Shown: positions 1 through 14,450, numbered from the stretch's first letter. The stretch: 64,000 bases of DNA from Phoronis australis (GCA_002633005.1 NMRA01000421.1:337573-401572), one strand, 5' to 3'. Notes: a model not told the origin generated them from the sequence alone. Made by a program: numbers and translations.

Positions 1-281
1 TCTATGAGAGACGTAACTTCAAGAAGCACGGCTATCTCCCATATTACTACTCCATCAAGAACAAACCAAGAGATGGCTTCTCCTATGTGCTGTATGTTAA
101 TGGCGGCCGCCCACCTTGGACTCTCCTATATCCTTTTACTATTGTCATCAATTTGTGGTCATTGTTGTGTAATTCGAGTGTAATTCTTACACGTTACATT
201 GATCAACAATTCCATGATCTTTGTTTGTTGATTGAGGATAATTTGACACATCATTGCTGTAAAGGCAACACTGCCAGCTGA
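1..281 (+). CDS. Possible 3'-terminal coding exon of an unidentified gene running in from the left edge
   Basis: Frame open from position 3 to TGA at 279-281 (YERRNFKKHGYLPYYYSIKNKPRDGFSYVLYVNGGRPPWTLLYPFTIVINLWSLL...), protein-like composition with a hydrophobic stretch, followed by about 2 kb of UTR-like sequence. Family not recognised. Confidence 0.35.
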   Translation, partial: YERRNFKKHGYLPYYYSIKNKPRDGFSYVLYVNGGRPPWTLLYPFTIVINLWSLLCNSSVILTRYIDQQFHDLCLLIEDNLTHHCCKGNTAS

Positions 282-3200
282 GGTGTTTTCTGAAATGAAG
301 ATACCAGCAGCTTATTACTAAAGAGATAATGGACCGTTCACACTCGTCACTTGAGGGGAAGGGAGTTTGGAAAAGGAGATGATTTATGACAGGGGGAGGG
401 AGGTTAGACTCGCAGTGACGTCATCGTGTGGATTATTTGAATATCTGCTTCGCAGTACATATCACTGGCGAACTGGTTCACCTAGTGGAATTGAATATTT
501 CCAAAAGTGGAATCCACCATTTCACACTTTCAAGATTTGATCATGTTTGACGGGGCTCACCTTATAAATGTGTACGCAAACAAATGACAGACCCACTCCA
601 TCACTGCAGGGGGGTTGACGTATTAGAGGTTGGGCGCAGGGTTACATTCTAGTGATCGGTTATGACAGAGGGGGGTAAAAAGGGGGAACATTTGGATTAC
701 ATAACATGTCAACGCTTCCTGAGCCAATCCACTTTTATTAAACCATATCATTGTGGCGAGCTTTTTGTAACAGGTTTGCCAACAAGTCAAAGTGTTGTTT
801 TATATCAAAATATTGAGAAACTCACAGACTAACTGTGGAATGACATATTTACTAGGTGTAAAATTAGTGCTCTTGTTTTTATCCTCTTTTGAATGTGTTT
901 ATCACTGCTGTGTCATGCAAGATTGTTTTCACTACTTTTCTTAACAAAGCTTACTGACTACCTGAAAAATATTGGACACTCTGTCTCCGCCATCTCACCT
1001 TGTAACTTACCTGTAGTGCTCATGAGAGCCATCGTCAGTCTGTTGTCAAGGTTACGACTGGTCGCTGTAGGAGCTGTAGATGATCCCCTCAGCCGTATCA
1101 GCTGACTTGGCTGTGAAGGAATGTGTTACTTCCTCTGGACTCCTCATTGTACCTGTCCGGGTACATACGTGTTCTTGGTATGGTTGTGACTCATTGAAGA
1201 TGCAGGTTTTATGAAGTTACAATTTTGATAAGTGTTTCGTTGACAATTGTGCAATAACAATGTTTAGTGAAGAAGTAGAATTTTCGTAATGAATGATCAT
1301 TTTTGTTGAAAATTTTGACCACCGAAAGTGTGATTTCACCATATTGTGTGCCACATAGGTTTATAACCAGTATGTTATTTAATTCTCTAACTGGAACGGC
1401 GTAGGATTTGTTTATACACACTTGCAATGAACTTTCAACCTCAGTCAACAAAGGCCTGGTCACATTGCCAAATAAACAAGGAGAGAGTCGCGCATGAAAG
1501 TTTTCAGACATACAATTGTAGTACGTAAATAAATAAATCAATGCATTAAGCGATGCTGCATGCATGGCTGTAGGTATTTTGACTAAAAGGTAGAGCTTTG
1601 GTCAGTTCTGTATTGTAATGCGTTGTCCTGACGTAGTACTGTGTTAGTCACATTGACATTTTCATGGGCAGATGAAAACTTATAAGTGTGGATGCCAGAA
1701 TAGAATTGTGTGAAGTATCCACCTTTCTCGTCCCTTGCTGATTGGCCATTCTTTTGTCTGCTTTAAAGGGTCAGTTTCGTTTGTTTGGGTTTGTTCATTG
1801 ATGGGGAGGGTAAGCACGCGCCGCCATCTTGGGTTGGGTGTTCTGTTCTTCAGGTATCATTTTGGGCGATTGTTTTTGCTTGTAAACAAATGGAATCATG
1901 ACCTGTTAGAGTGGCGTTGCCACAGGTAGGGTTCTTCATCATCTGGTATTGGTACACATTTACTCAGTTAGACTGGTATTGCCTTGTACCAGCATACCCC
2001 GATCAATTGGAAGATATCTGTGGGGCAGTTTCCCTAAATTCATTGGGAATGTGTCAACTCTTGAAATATCAGATCACCGCTGATGTGGGACAATTGTAAA
2101 TTATAGACAAGATCTTGTTATTGTGTGTAGGAGATACATATATACAATTGCACTGGAATTTTCTTGTGATGATGGCCATGCATGTTTGTACTTAATGCTA
2201 TTAGTGGAGTTGTGCTTTTAATTTTCCATTGTAATACTCTGTACTTGGTGCTTATTTTCTAACTATTGGTGTTATAATAACCAAATTGGAGTTGTAAATA
2301 TTTGTTTGTTTTTTATTATTTTACTTCAATCATGAGCATAGGTAAATGCAATAGATAAAATTACTGCCTAGAAATGGAATTAACATTGTACCTGGGCTAC
2401 AGGTAAACATTGCACCACTGAATTATATTTATAGAAACAGTACAAAACAATAATATATACATACATGTTTTATACACACTTAGCTGTAAAAACAAACACA
2501 CAATTCGTTTTCCATAAGTTAGTGAACCCATATATATTTTAGAAACAAGTAATCTGATATTGCTCATGATAGAGTCAAATGCCAGATAAAGTGCACTAAG
2601 GCATAGAGATAAACTACTGTGGAGAAAGTTTGCTGTGGTACTGAAAAGTAATTGATTGATGTCATTTGAACCAAATATTTAAAAACATACATTTTCCAAT
2701 GCCCTGGAATTCTTTTGATTTTTGCCTTCATATCATCGACAGTCTCTATGATCAAGAACAGTATATCGTCGCCTCAGCGTCTTTACGAAAAAATCAAAAC
2801 TGTGAAAACTCCAAAAATCTGAATCCTTGTTTAGCTAATTCAAAACCAATGCAAAATGTTATTGATATTGTTGTCGAACATTACCGAAACGGATTCAAAA
2901 TATTGACCCGGGGGTATTTTTGAGCAGGTTAAAATGTGATATTCCCGGCAAGATAAAGCCCCAGCACGCTTTTACGAAACATCTAAAGGACCCGTTCTGG
3001 GCCCTTTTCAGTGGCGTATCTACTGGGGGCTCAGGTTGTTTAACCTCTCCCCTTGGGACAGGATGAAAAATTAAAACAGTGTCGCCACGAAAACGGCACC
3101 GCCCAGCGTGGGTGAACCCCAAGTAAACCACATCGAAAAATTGAGGGGCCATGGGCTCACCGTGAAAATGCAGTTGATTTGCATTGTGATTTGCTGTAAT

Positions 3201-4334
3201 CACGAAAGGCAACGTATTCGAGTTTTTGTGACTCATCGGCAAGTCGAGCGGATTCTGTAGTGCGCGCTCTTCCGTCGGCACTTGAGAAGTACTTTTTATG
3301 TATCCACCTCGGAAAAAAAGCAAAGATCTATAGCTGGTTTTTAGAGCGTCAGAGCGTCTTTACTCTAGGATATGTTTTAACATGATTAGGGAAAATACTG
3401 TGGTACCGCCACAGGTATATTCAAGTGACTCGACGTGCAACGTTTATCTCATCTGTCATGCTATTACACCCCACGAATTTGTAACTTGAACTTGACTGGT
3501 GTGTAATAAATTTGTCTTGCGCAATAAACATAAAGTGTACATGTAATGTGTTTATTTAAATAAAACGATCAACTCGTTTTCCGAAGAATTGTTTGGCCAT
3601 TGTGGCGGGCGCTGTGGTTTGGTCACGAGTCCGTCTCAACTGAGATACGCCCTAGCAAATTAGAACTGTACAAGGAATGAACCCTGGGGTACACTCACGT
3701 TGACAAGGTGACCGCATTAGAGAACGGTGTGTACAATACCAGAAATTCTACGCGCGATGTTCAATAGGCCTCCATTTCAGCTCTGCAAAAGGAGCCCTGG
3801 TTCCGACATCTCCACTACCCGCATCACTGCCGTCTTGTATACCGGGAATTTCCACAGAAAGCCCCACCCGATGAACCGTCCATGTCCATGGACATTTATT
3901 TGGTGTTACTACTTCGGGTTCCAAGTGTTCAGACATTGGGACATTCAATCAATGAAAAAATTTCATCTTGTGTGTCAATTTGTAGTTATAAATTCAGTTT
4001 TGAGGAGCATATATAGTTTGTTAACAATTAAAGAATACAGTCTTGGCGAACTTGGTATTTATAACTTGAAAATAATAACACAGTTTTATGCAAGAATACG
4101 CTCATATTTTCACAGCGGCCCGGGCGTTTATTTCGAATGACTGAACGCCTGAAAATATAATTTTCCAAATACACGCGTATGGGCTTCAGTTACCTGCCGA
4201 AATTACCGGTAGCCTGTACATGTCACTTACTGCTTTACAAATAACTCCTGAAAATTAGAATCCTCATCTTTCTGTATTTTAGCGTTGGACACTCCCTCGG
4301 TGCATGCAGTGGTGCTGGCAAAACCGTGCCCACG

Positions 4335-4650
4335 ATGGCGTAACGACTATTTCTGACGCTGATTTCGCTATTTCTAATGCACTAACTATTTCTCCTGATG
4401 TTATCACCCCGACCCCCGATGCCGTAGCCATTCTGGTGTTTCTACCAAGGAGTGTAGGCCCCTACATAGAATTGTTCAATACTCCTTGTTTCTACTGTCT
4501 CCAGTGCTACAACTACCGCTGAATCTGACGTTATTAACACTTTTCCTGATGGTTTAGGCACCGTTCCGATGTGTCCGCTACTTCTGATGCTTTACCCACT
4601 GTCTCCGATGCTGTCCTGTACTGTTCCTGATGTCACAACCACTCCAATGT
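4335..4650 (+). repeat. Degenerate short-unit minisatellite
   Basis: Recurring motif variants actatttctgacgct / actatttctcctgatgt / actgtctccgatgct / actgttcctgatgt. Confidence 0.5.
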
Positions 4651-6554
4651 ATGACATTGGTGTAAATGTGCAGAGTGGAAATGCTAGAATCTACTTTAAA
4701 CCCTTCACGACATGGTCATAAATGCTTGAATTCGATTCAGTACCACAAACAATTTTGGTATGATATTTTAAATATCTCTTCTTCAATTTGTGTTCTTTTA
4801 ATGAAGAAATCAACGCAAAAATTGATTAATTACTTTTTGTGTGACGCGGGCGTCCTCAGTGGACCTGGTGTCCACCATTGGTTGTTCTACACTAGCCGCG
4901 AGCGGGGAGGTGGTCTCGAAAACTGTGTTCTACCGAGTACTAAGAAAAGATTCATGTACGCAGGATATGTAGTGACGATATTTCACTTTTTGCGCCCAGA
5001 AATGGCACGGGTTCGTGGCGGGTTGGACGTGAGCAGCCGTCACAGAATGGAATCAAACGGTACAAAGCGTGCATGGGTTTGGAACCTGTAAGACAGAAGT
5101 GAGTATCAATCACCAGAAATAAAATGCAGTTTAGCATCACTGTAATTAGATATGATGGTTCCTGACTGTGAAAAATTACTCGGCATTTGAATAAGAAATG
5201 AAATCAGTGTCCGCTATTCGATCGCGACTGGGCCTCCACAGTCCTGGTAAAAACTTCGGTTAGATTTTCAGTTCGAGATACATATTACTCGGCACTACAG
5301 TGGTTAGAAAAGTAAATCGTGATTCAATGAAAGGCTTTATTACCACTCTGAAATCAAAATTGTCCGCAGACTGAATAAACGCCAACTCGGCTTTACTCGC
5401 CGAAGACGCCGGTGCGGAAGGGTCGAGTTCGTACGTTGAACACGCAAAGTCTGCCGATAAGGCGACTGAGGTCTAAATGTTTCACTATGTATGCACACAC
5501 CCAGCCTAAAATGATGAAAAAAGAAAGATTCACGAGATACGATCAGACCTATGAATTGTGCATTCGCCGAATTTTAGTAGTTCCTGCCTTTTTCAGAGTG
5601 TTGTCTCGTTTCCTACTTTTTCGGAGTTTTTCGGTTTCTCTGAGGCGAACCTTTTCCCCTACTTTCCCAAATAGGGGGAGCTCATTCGATCCCCCCCGCA
5701 CCCTGTGTGCGCGCGTGCTATGGCCTGAGTGTGGTGTTTTAGTCACCCCCATTTCCATGCCTAACGGTTTTCATAATACTCCGGCGTCAAGCTGGCTCTC
5801 TAAGTCTGTATAACTTACAAAATCACTGCTATCCGCCATTTCACAACGTCTACCACTGGTGACATCATGTTGCGGGAAACCAAAAAATCTGATTAATTTT
5901 TCTTCAAAATTCAGTCGAAATGCCTCAATCTCACTTGTTTAGCTAGATTTTGTGTTATAAAATTATTATAAGCAGTCTAAAAAGTGCAAAAACGCATTGT
6001 AGGAACGCTTCAACTGACAGTGAGAGATTTCAGTATCTAACAAGCAAACACACAGGGAACGATTTTGCCACACATATAAAGGTGTATACTGGGGAAAGGG
6101 GTACCGCCTGACCGTGATTAAAGTCACATTCCACCACGCCATCTAGCGCCCAATTACTTCGAAAGAGTGGCTGCTGATAGGAGCCGAAGCTGTCAAGGGT
6201 AAATACCATAGACATCACATATGTATTAAGATGTGTATGGTAAATACTGGTTGTGAAAACGAAAGTACTACTCACCAACTCTGCCAATCTTATGAAACTA
6301 TTTATTGACGTTTTGTCTTCTGTTAAATTACTGATTGCCCTATGTACTGTAAGAGAAAAAACGTATATTTTGCTCGTTTCAGCGAGATTGAACCCCGACG
6401 CTGCTTGACTGAAAGTGCGCCAATCAAGTCGTCAATGAGTAACGGCAAGATGTATTAAAATACATTTATGAGCAACCACTGGGGATCAAAAAGTGTCTAC
6501 GGCGGAGCAGTTTTCAATCTAGTGGTCACTTGACTTTTTCTCCCATTGTAGTGT

Positions 6555-7628
6555 TTCAGCGTTTTTTTTTTTTTTGTCCATGGAGTACAAGTTTACCTCG
6601 TGAACCGTTATAGGTACGTCTAAAATGACCAAAAATACACCTTAATACGAATGCCCCATCTCCCATCTTCTCCCGGTTACTCGTCAAAAATCTGCGAGAA
6701 TACTTGTGGAAATTTTTTATAACATTCCGTTTTGATAAACAAATTCGTTGGTTTCTGGTTTACTTGTTTATAAATCTATGAAAATTGATAGATAGATAGA
6801 TGATTTTTGACTATTAGAAGCTAATATTGTAAGAATTGATGATGTTTCAGTGAATTTAGTTGCAGGATGAAGTTGGAAAATTATAATCCGATCCCAAATA
6901 GTAAATTACACATAGGAACTAGTACACTTAGACGATTTTTGGCTGTTTAAAATAACTTTCAAGACATTGATGAAATTCGGACAATTCCCAAAAATATACT
7001 CACAATTCAAACGGCAATAAATGCTTTTCTTTTCGACTTAGGTATAAGATTTGTCGTTTGAACTCACAAACAGTAGATCAAAAAGGAATTAAGACATTAA
7101 ATCAAGGTAAACGCATTGTTGGTGGATTCGATTGTTGGTTTCTGATTTTCATGTTTATGTATGAAAATCGACTGATTGTAGATGATTTTTTGACAATTAA
7201 GCGAATCTTTTAAGAAATGACGATGTTTCAGTGAACTTAGTTGCAAGCTGACATTGGGAAAACTCGACCTGTCATCAGATCCCCAAATGACAATATAAAC
7301 TAAACTATTTTCGTCTATCTGAAAAAAGTCTCAAGGATATTGATGAATGTCGGACAGCTCTACAAAGTGTCCCAAAATGTTATCACAATTCAAATGACAA
7401 TAAATTGCTTGTTGACTTAGGAATTAGATTACTGGTTTAAATTCACAAACCGTAGATCGAAAAAAAGTTTTAAAAGTCCTCAAAAGTTTAATTTTATTTA
7501 TTTAATAAATAAAATTGAACTCATTGCTTGGAAATGTTGTCTTTGCACTTCCTTGTTTTTTAGTTTCCACTAGCACTGCACAATGAATTTTTGTTCTTCA
7601 AAAATGAATTGTTTGCTTGCCTGATTCC
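6555..7628 (+). repeat. Dispersed repeat (unclassified non-autonomous element) with an internal ~370-bp tandem duplication
   Basis: Homologous in inverted orientation to 50953-51523 (e.g. tttacctcgtgaaccgttatag, gataaacaaattcgttggtttctgg, aagacattgatgaaattcgga). Segment ~6740-7110 is repeated divergently at ~7130-7480. Confidence 0.75.
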
Positions 7629-8504
7629 CTCGCATAGTGGCCCGTAGCCAGGGGGGGTTCGGGGGGTTCGATCGAACCCCCCNNNNNNCCCCCCCCCCTC
7701 CTAGGAAAAGATCCAGCCCTAGCCTATCCGGGATAGGATAAGATAGGATTTACTAGATGGACAAACAAAATGTTGTAACTACAAGTTCTACTAACCACAA
7801 TCATAACCAAGTTAATATTGATTTTGAATTTACTTCTGATGTAAAGCGCTTCACATAATCATCGGGTCGGATCCGGCCCGAGTGGTGACTGCGTTCATGA
7901 CGATTAGGGGAGGCTTTATATTATTCATCGGCATTGAAAGCGCTAGGTCTCTGCACCATAGGGTAACAAGGAAGTCTAGAAGTAAATGTCTAAGCCTAGC
8001 TCAAACTTTATAGCATCGAGAGAGATCCCCAAAAGTAGTGCGGTGTGAATGCCTTTAAAATCGACCAAGAAACAAAACAGCCGAAAATGGGTTTGTTATT
8101 TGCTACTTTTCTAGCATAGTTTAGGCATTTTCAAATTTCGAATTTAAAGATTTAAAGTGATCGCCAAATATCTCGATCATCAAGTGTCCACTTTGATTGT
8201 GGATTGGTGGATTGACATGCATGCGTGTACACGTGTGTGCGTTTCCGTTCTTTTCAAATCAGTACAGGCCAACGGTATGTTCACTGACTACTCTGTCGTT
8301 TCTCAAAAACCAGACATTTAGCTACCGCGTTTTCTTGCACTGAAAAATCCCCACATGTTCACATTATTAGGTAAGTCTAGACCTAATTAAAACCTTAATC
8401 AATGAAGGAAGTCTTCTCTTGTCAATCAATGTCAATGGTGCACAGCTTCGCAAATTTCATACGAGCAACAATTGTGATGGAAAGGATTCCCAAGATTACA
8501 TGTA

Positions 8505-9295
8505 CATGAACGAGGGTTCACTAATCCGAAGGTTCGCTACCTTCCAAAGTTCACCACATCGAGTGTCCACAATTCCAAAACCAGAACTCCTGATTTTCTA
8601 TTAATGATTCAGAACTGAAAATGAACAAGGTATTGTACTGGTGTCCATTTAGTAACCATTTAAAGGGTGTTCAAGAGTTGAATACTCTGGAAAAGTTTGA
8701 TTTACATTGTTTACAAAAGAGCTCAGAATCTAACTAAATACTCATTCTCAATTAGGGACAATATATGGGGCACGGGTCCGGCGACCAACGGCGGTTTTAA
8801 ATTTTATAAGACTGAATGTGAAGACTGGAAAGGACAGGGTAGCTTACTAACTACAGTTAGTTTCGAACCGGCCGTGCGAGTATTTCCGGTGGGTGAGGTT
8901 GAAGCGCAGCGGCCCTAAACTTTTCCGTCGCGCTGTGAGATGATGCAATCTTGACATGAGACTGAGGAATGTATCGTGGTTGATAATTCATCAACATTCT
9001 TACTTCATATTCTTTTATAAATGCAAACACTTTCTCATTTTTCCGTATTCATAAGACATGCAGGCAATTTCACAAGCACCTGGAATCCAAACAAAGTGAT
9101 TTATTAGCCGGGTGTATTGTTGTCGGTATAGTTGCATCTAATAACCGAAGTGTCGCTTATTTTTGCATGTAAAAGTACAGCAATTACACCTGATTCAGAA
9201 ATTTTAGACATTTTCGGAGAAGTGAACCTTCGGAGTGGTGAACCTTTGAAGAAGTGAACCTTCGGAATAGTGAACCGGCGTAATAGTGGGATGTT
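8505..9295. mobile_element. Non-autonomous foldback-like element with inverted arrays of ~16-17-bp subterminal repeats
   Basis: Left array ggttcactaatccgaaggttc... (8514-8580) mirrors right array (gtgaaccttcggartrgtg)n (9220-9290). Confidence 0.55.
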
Positions 9296-9619
9296 CACAT
9301 TTCCAGCGATGTAAGCAACTTTTAATAAAAATACTATCAGATGAAAAATTACGTCAAGCCATTCGCTGATTAAATATTTCCATCGGAGTGTGTGATGAGG
9401 TGTAATCACTCAGTTAAAAAATCCTGATTTGAAAGTTTGGCAGGAGGTAGGCCTCACGCCATGTGGAGAATTTCTCGCTTAAACTGGTCACCGCCCAGAT
9501 TCCTTTAGCCCCAGACAACTTTTGCGATGCCTATTCAGCTCGCCCTTTGATGTAGATTTGAGCTAATGAAGTCGAAAGGTAATAGCTAGCACTACTGTCT
9601 CAAAAATGATGGTTGTTAG

Positions 9620-9738
9620 CAGTGCTGTAGTGGGGCGTAGGCGCACGTAGGCGCAGCCAACCACCTTTTAGCATTTGAATGTAGCGCCTACTTGGCTTTG
9701 GGCGCCTACTTACCTCTAATTTTACCACTACAGCACTG
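9620..9738. mobile_element. hAT-type MITE (119 bp)
   Basis: Perfect 14-bp TIR CAGTGCTGTAGTGG; perfect 8-bp TSD GTTGTTAG (9612-9619 and 9739-9746). Same family at 31571 and 32954. Confidence 0.9.
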
Positions 9739-9852
9739 GTTGTTAGTACACCTAAATTGGTTTTCTCTGGTATTTGCACAAAGTTACAGCCTGCAACTGT
9801 AGCTTAGAGCCAGCAATGACGGATGTGTACGAGACAAGAGCTGCCTTGATAC

Positions 9853-9962
9853 GCCGTAAAATGTAACAATTTCGTAAAATGTAACCGTAAAAGTTGTTAC
9901 ATTTTACGTTGCTAAACCTCTCCTAAAATGTAACAAGTTGTTACAACTGTTAGGTTTTACGT
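9853..9962. repeat. Cluster of direct and inverted cgtaaaatgtaac motifs (probable MITE remnant)
   Basis: cgtaaaatgtaac at about 9855 and 9873, variant ctaaaatgtaac at about 9923, inverted gttacattttacg at about 9896. Confidence 0.55.
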
Positions 9963-11795
9963 CGAATGCGCATGCGAGAAATGTACCATTGTTATATCGC
10001 AAAGTAAATGACCAAAACCACGAACAAGTGGTATCTGACACCGAAGGGATACTCGAGTCTTTTTGGACGAGGGGTGCCGCCCGAAAATTTGGATACCTAC
10101 CCATTATAGGGAATGGGCTCAGACAAAAAAGTGACCCAATTACAGAGTAGTTTTGTGTAAAAATTCACAGTTTTGTTCCAGAAATTCAGAAAGACACCTT
10201 TTTAAATATTCTTATTCTGTCGTCTGCTTAAGTCCCCCAGTGAAAAGTAGGTCACAACTGGTGGGAATCCTGGAGTAAAATACATGTAGGTCGATAGCAT
10301 TGTTTACGCTTTTCTAACCTTAAAACGTAATTTTTTGATTAAAAAAAAACAGGTTCCCATAGCTCAGGTACACACTCATCTCGTCGTTGGCAAACAGTTA
10401 GCTCCGGTTGGTCTAGGGTTGTGTTCACGTCAATTTAATGCATGGAATTAGCCGTAATTGCACCATTATAAAACATTTAAGTTAGGCCTACCTACTGGTA
10501 AACTTCACATTTTTTAGTTTCATTGCATAAAAGTAGCTTTCAGATAATTTTAAACGTAGCATGATCACTAAGCTGTGGTATGGTTACAAAAGATAACAAG
10601 TCTGGTATAGTGGCAAAAATGGCTATTTACAAAAATACCTCAAATTCTTGTTGAAAGCTTCATAAATCTAAATATCATGCTTGAACAACTTCAAAATAAG
10701 CTCTCTCTAACGCTACAGGCGAATTTTATACTAGAAACTCTCATCAAAACGTAATTCAACTGTTTATTGTTTCGTGACAACAGCTCGAACAAGGCTTTGA
10801 GTTCAGTTATCCAGTGCCCCTCCCTGCCGATCGAATCTCTCAATTTTGAGAGGAGTTCAGTTGAACGCCTGCGGCTACCTCAGCTACGAAACAAAACGAT
10901 GTCCATTAGGTCGACATAAATGAAAAATAATAAAAATGTCCTTGAAAACAACAATTTCTTGGACTACCGCTAGATTAGTGCTGAGATCTAGCAAGTGCCG
11001 AGACAAACTTAGGCGGCCAGCCTAGACGAGAGCGTGGAACTCCGATGCAAAATCTCCGCTAGGCCTACACTATCGCCACCAAACTGATAGGGGTGTATCT
11101 TGGAACACTGAAATATATTTATGTTTATTACAACCTTCAAGTAATCAAGCAACATTGCCAAGTTCAGCTGCTCGTGTGGCCGTTCACACAGTTTGATCCG
11201 TAGTTTACACCTTTCAACATCACTTTTCGGCTTAGGTGATGCCCAAAAAAATGACGGGGATATTATTTTGGAGCACCATAATGTCTGATGGAAGTACACA
11301 CGCCATATTAACACCGCTTCACCATTCTTAGCGCCCAATTTCTTGAGCTATAGACTAAAATTAGTTTCACACGATAACATGTTCTTTGTCGGGTAAAATG
11401 GCGGCTTGGAAACGCAGACGAAGGTGTGTCAAGAATGCTGCGTTTTGATTGGCCAGATAAGCCGTCAGTCACAATCCTAGCGATAGGTCAAGTGGCCACA
11501 ACTTCCAAACGATGTGAGCGACCTGGCAACCAAGTTACACATGAATCTTCGCCTGAGGCAGCGTTTTTAAAGCACGCATTCATGCGGGTTTGGACTGGGA
11601 ATCTGGCTGACACCACTTTTATTGAACATAGACAATCTTTTTGGTCGGTCAGTAGTACTTTCATCACTGACTTGTGTCATTACTTCGTGACGGGAAAGCT
11701 GCATTCGAGATCTTACGTAATGTGATCACGATATAATGATATGCGATGCTTCTCGTTTTAGTGATCAATGGTCTAAGCCGATTTCATACATTGTT

Positions 11796-12106
11796 TCATA
11801 ACGTTAGCGCATACCAATCGTCTACTTGTTTCATAGACACCACAACTTTTCCCCATTGCGTGAGCACCTGATCCTTCGAGTAGAAGAATGGCCCCAGCAC
11901 CGCGCGTCCGATGGCCGCTTCATACAGCAGCCTCCCTTTCTGAACTATCGTCACCGTGAGCGCAGAATCGTCTATAAATTTCTTTGGCAATACAAAATCA
12001 AAATTCTGGTGGAATTCTACGTCAGCTGGAATATTTTCCACGGGTATCCCTTTCTTGGTCTTCACTTTCTCTCCGCCACATATCAAACATGCTTTGACGT
12101 AAAGAG
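11796..12106 (-). CDS. Synaptotagmin-15-like protein, coding exon 6 (C2B C-terminal part and stop)
   Basis: Acceptor tgatatcgttgcag| with exon start at 12106, phase 1. Encodes TLYVKACLICGGEKVKTKK...GRAVLGPFFYSKDQVLTQWGKVVVSMKQVDDWYALTL*, resembling the SYT15 C2B tail (GRVVxGPYMY...HW...WHAL). Confidence 0.85.
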
Positions 12107-13692
12107 CTGCAACGATATCATTACAGTTTAATTGGATTCATTTTGAAAATGTGAAACAATATCTGGGCTGTGTTTTGTAGAAAGTGAAGGCCAACTGACC
12201 AGCGCATTCTGTTGAAAAGTAACTTTTGATTTAGGCCACTTACCGTGAGGTAGAAAATCTGTCTGTGTTAGAAGCGATTTCTAGACTTGAGATGAACTAA
12301 AACGTCATTATTTGCTTCAAACCACGCCTTTTTAGTTGATTGTCACGGCGGGTGTGATAAATTCAGTCACTCTCGCAGGAGACTACCAGGTGATTTAAAG
12401 TGATCAATTGAAAGGATAACGCGATAACGTTGTTCCGAAGCGCAAATACGCCTCTTGTAAAGATAACTGATGTTTTGACACTAGAACATGTAACGAAAGA
12501 AATTTTGACTTTAACCCCTCTTCACTGTTATCGAATAACCTTTTTTACCATGTAATTGTCAGGAACTATTTCGTGCAAATATTTGATTAAGCTGCAAACT
12601 GTAAGTATAGTTTTGTTGTCAGAGATTTTCTACTCCGTTGAAGTGAGATTATTTTCGGAAATAGCTTGCATTGTATGGAGCGTAGGCCGAAATTTCTGAC
12701 CAGAGTTTCAAGTGACCATGACAGAGATACCAGGCTTCTTTTTCAAGAAAAGTCACTTTGTTTTGATGCTCGCACAACTGTATATTCCTGAAAAATAATC
12801 AAACCTCACTTCCTCAATGTACAAAGTCTGTTAACATACCCATTACTATTAATTTCAGAGATAATGTGAATAAATTATTCGTTAAGCCTATGATACGCTA
12901 ATAATGACATGGGTAATATAAACATTTATTCAGTAATTGAGAAACGGGGGCGTAAGACAAAATTTCTGACTTAGTCTTCTAGCGTCTCAGATTCACGAAA
13001 AGATACGACATGAAAGTCACGTGTTTTTGTGTAACAGACCCTATCGACTGCAAAACAACGGCACCAGTCACGTGACATTCCAATTAGCTTATTGTTTCAA
13101 TATAGTATAATATAATATCGCTGTCAACCTATATTGTACTTCATCTTGTCGGAATGAAAAGCGTGCTAAACATACAAAGTTGACTGTGTTTCATTGCCGC
13201 TGTTGTCATTGCAGTGGGCTGGCACTCAGTGGCTGAAACACTTTCCGCAGAGAAAACTTTTTAGAGATGCCTTTGCTTTTTCAAAATGGGTTGCCTACTC
13301 ACAGGATGGACAAGATGAAATTCAACCCTTTTAGAGGGTAATAGGGATTTAAAGTTAATCGTATATAGGATTGAAAAAACGGCACCCTTTAATAGTAGAC
13401 ATTTACGATAATATAACCTTTTTAGATGTTTTTAAAAACGTCAAACAACAATAAAACATGAAACTCTTCTGCAGGCTGCTATTATGAACCTTTTGTACAA
13501 AAAAGAGAATCCTAAGTCGGAGAATGCACCATTTCGCAGGAAAATTAATCGCGAGAAAGTCGACCATCTGAGTGGCAAGTACAGTATATGCGTTTTTGTG
13601 AGAGGCCACTGGGCAAGAAACGCGCGCTACCGAACGCACCCCTGTATAATTGATACTCCAAGTCTCGTGAAATCATAAGTCTCTGAACTTAC

Positions 13693-13798
13693 TTGAATTC
13701 GCCACGGCTTTCAAGCCGCTAGCTCTTCCAATTTTCAAAATCAACTGGTCCCCATGGTACGCTGTTGACATGAATAGTCTCCCTCTGTCCATCATAAC
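13693..13798 (-). CDS. Synaptotagmin-15-like protein, coding exon 5 (C2B start)
   Basis: Acceptor cttattctcttctag|, donor |GTAAGT; 106 nt, phase 0 to 1. Encodes VMMDRGRLFMSTAYHGDQLILKIGRASGLKAVANS; phases fit both neighbouring exons. Confidence 0.85.
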
Positions 13799-14359
13799 CT
13801 AGAAGAGAATAAGTTTAATATTGTTCCTACCAGAAGTGGGGGGTAAAGATTTAGCCCACACCGTCAACTTCTGGGCCCCGTCATCGTCTTACTAAGTGCC
13901 ACCACTCGTCCTTCTCGTCGTCGTCATTCGTTTGTCGGTTGTGAAGTTTTGCTGCTTTTCGTCATACCTCATTGATGTCACTGTAACGTTTTCTACTTGG
14001 TGAATAAAACAAAATACCACCGTTAGCATGGACTATGTCTCCTTCAAACTCATTTGCCAACCCATAATCCCTCAGTGATAATTATGAAAGAAACGTTTCA
14101 TGTGCATGGAATCATGCTCGGATGTTTGTAGCCTGACATGAATTTGTTTTTATCTAAACATTGTGATTTTTCACGGTCATCGTGGAAGTGAAGAATATCA
14201 CTCGACATTTGAATATTCTGTTCCTACCGTACAATGTTAGCAGTAAAAGGGTGTTTAGGGCAGTGAGCTCAACCGTGAAAAGGGAAGATATTTGAGTTTA
14301 TGAGTGAATGCGCATTGAGAATTACGTTCGCGAGATAAGAAGCTCTATAGTTTTAGAAA

Positions 14360-14450
14360 TGTGTGTATGTGCGTGTGTGCGTGCGTGTGTGTGCGTGTGT
14401 GTGTCTGCATATATGCATGCATGTGTGTATGTATGTATGTATGTGCACGC
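14360..14450. repeat. (GT/GC)n-(GTAT)n compound microsatellite
   Basis: Directly visible gtgtgt/gtgc/gtat runs. Confidence 0.85.

Noticed and set aside
330-720. MITE with ggaccgttcaca-type termini
   Set aside because: Termini too degenerate and no TSD to define boundaries.
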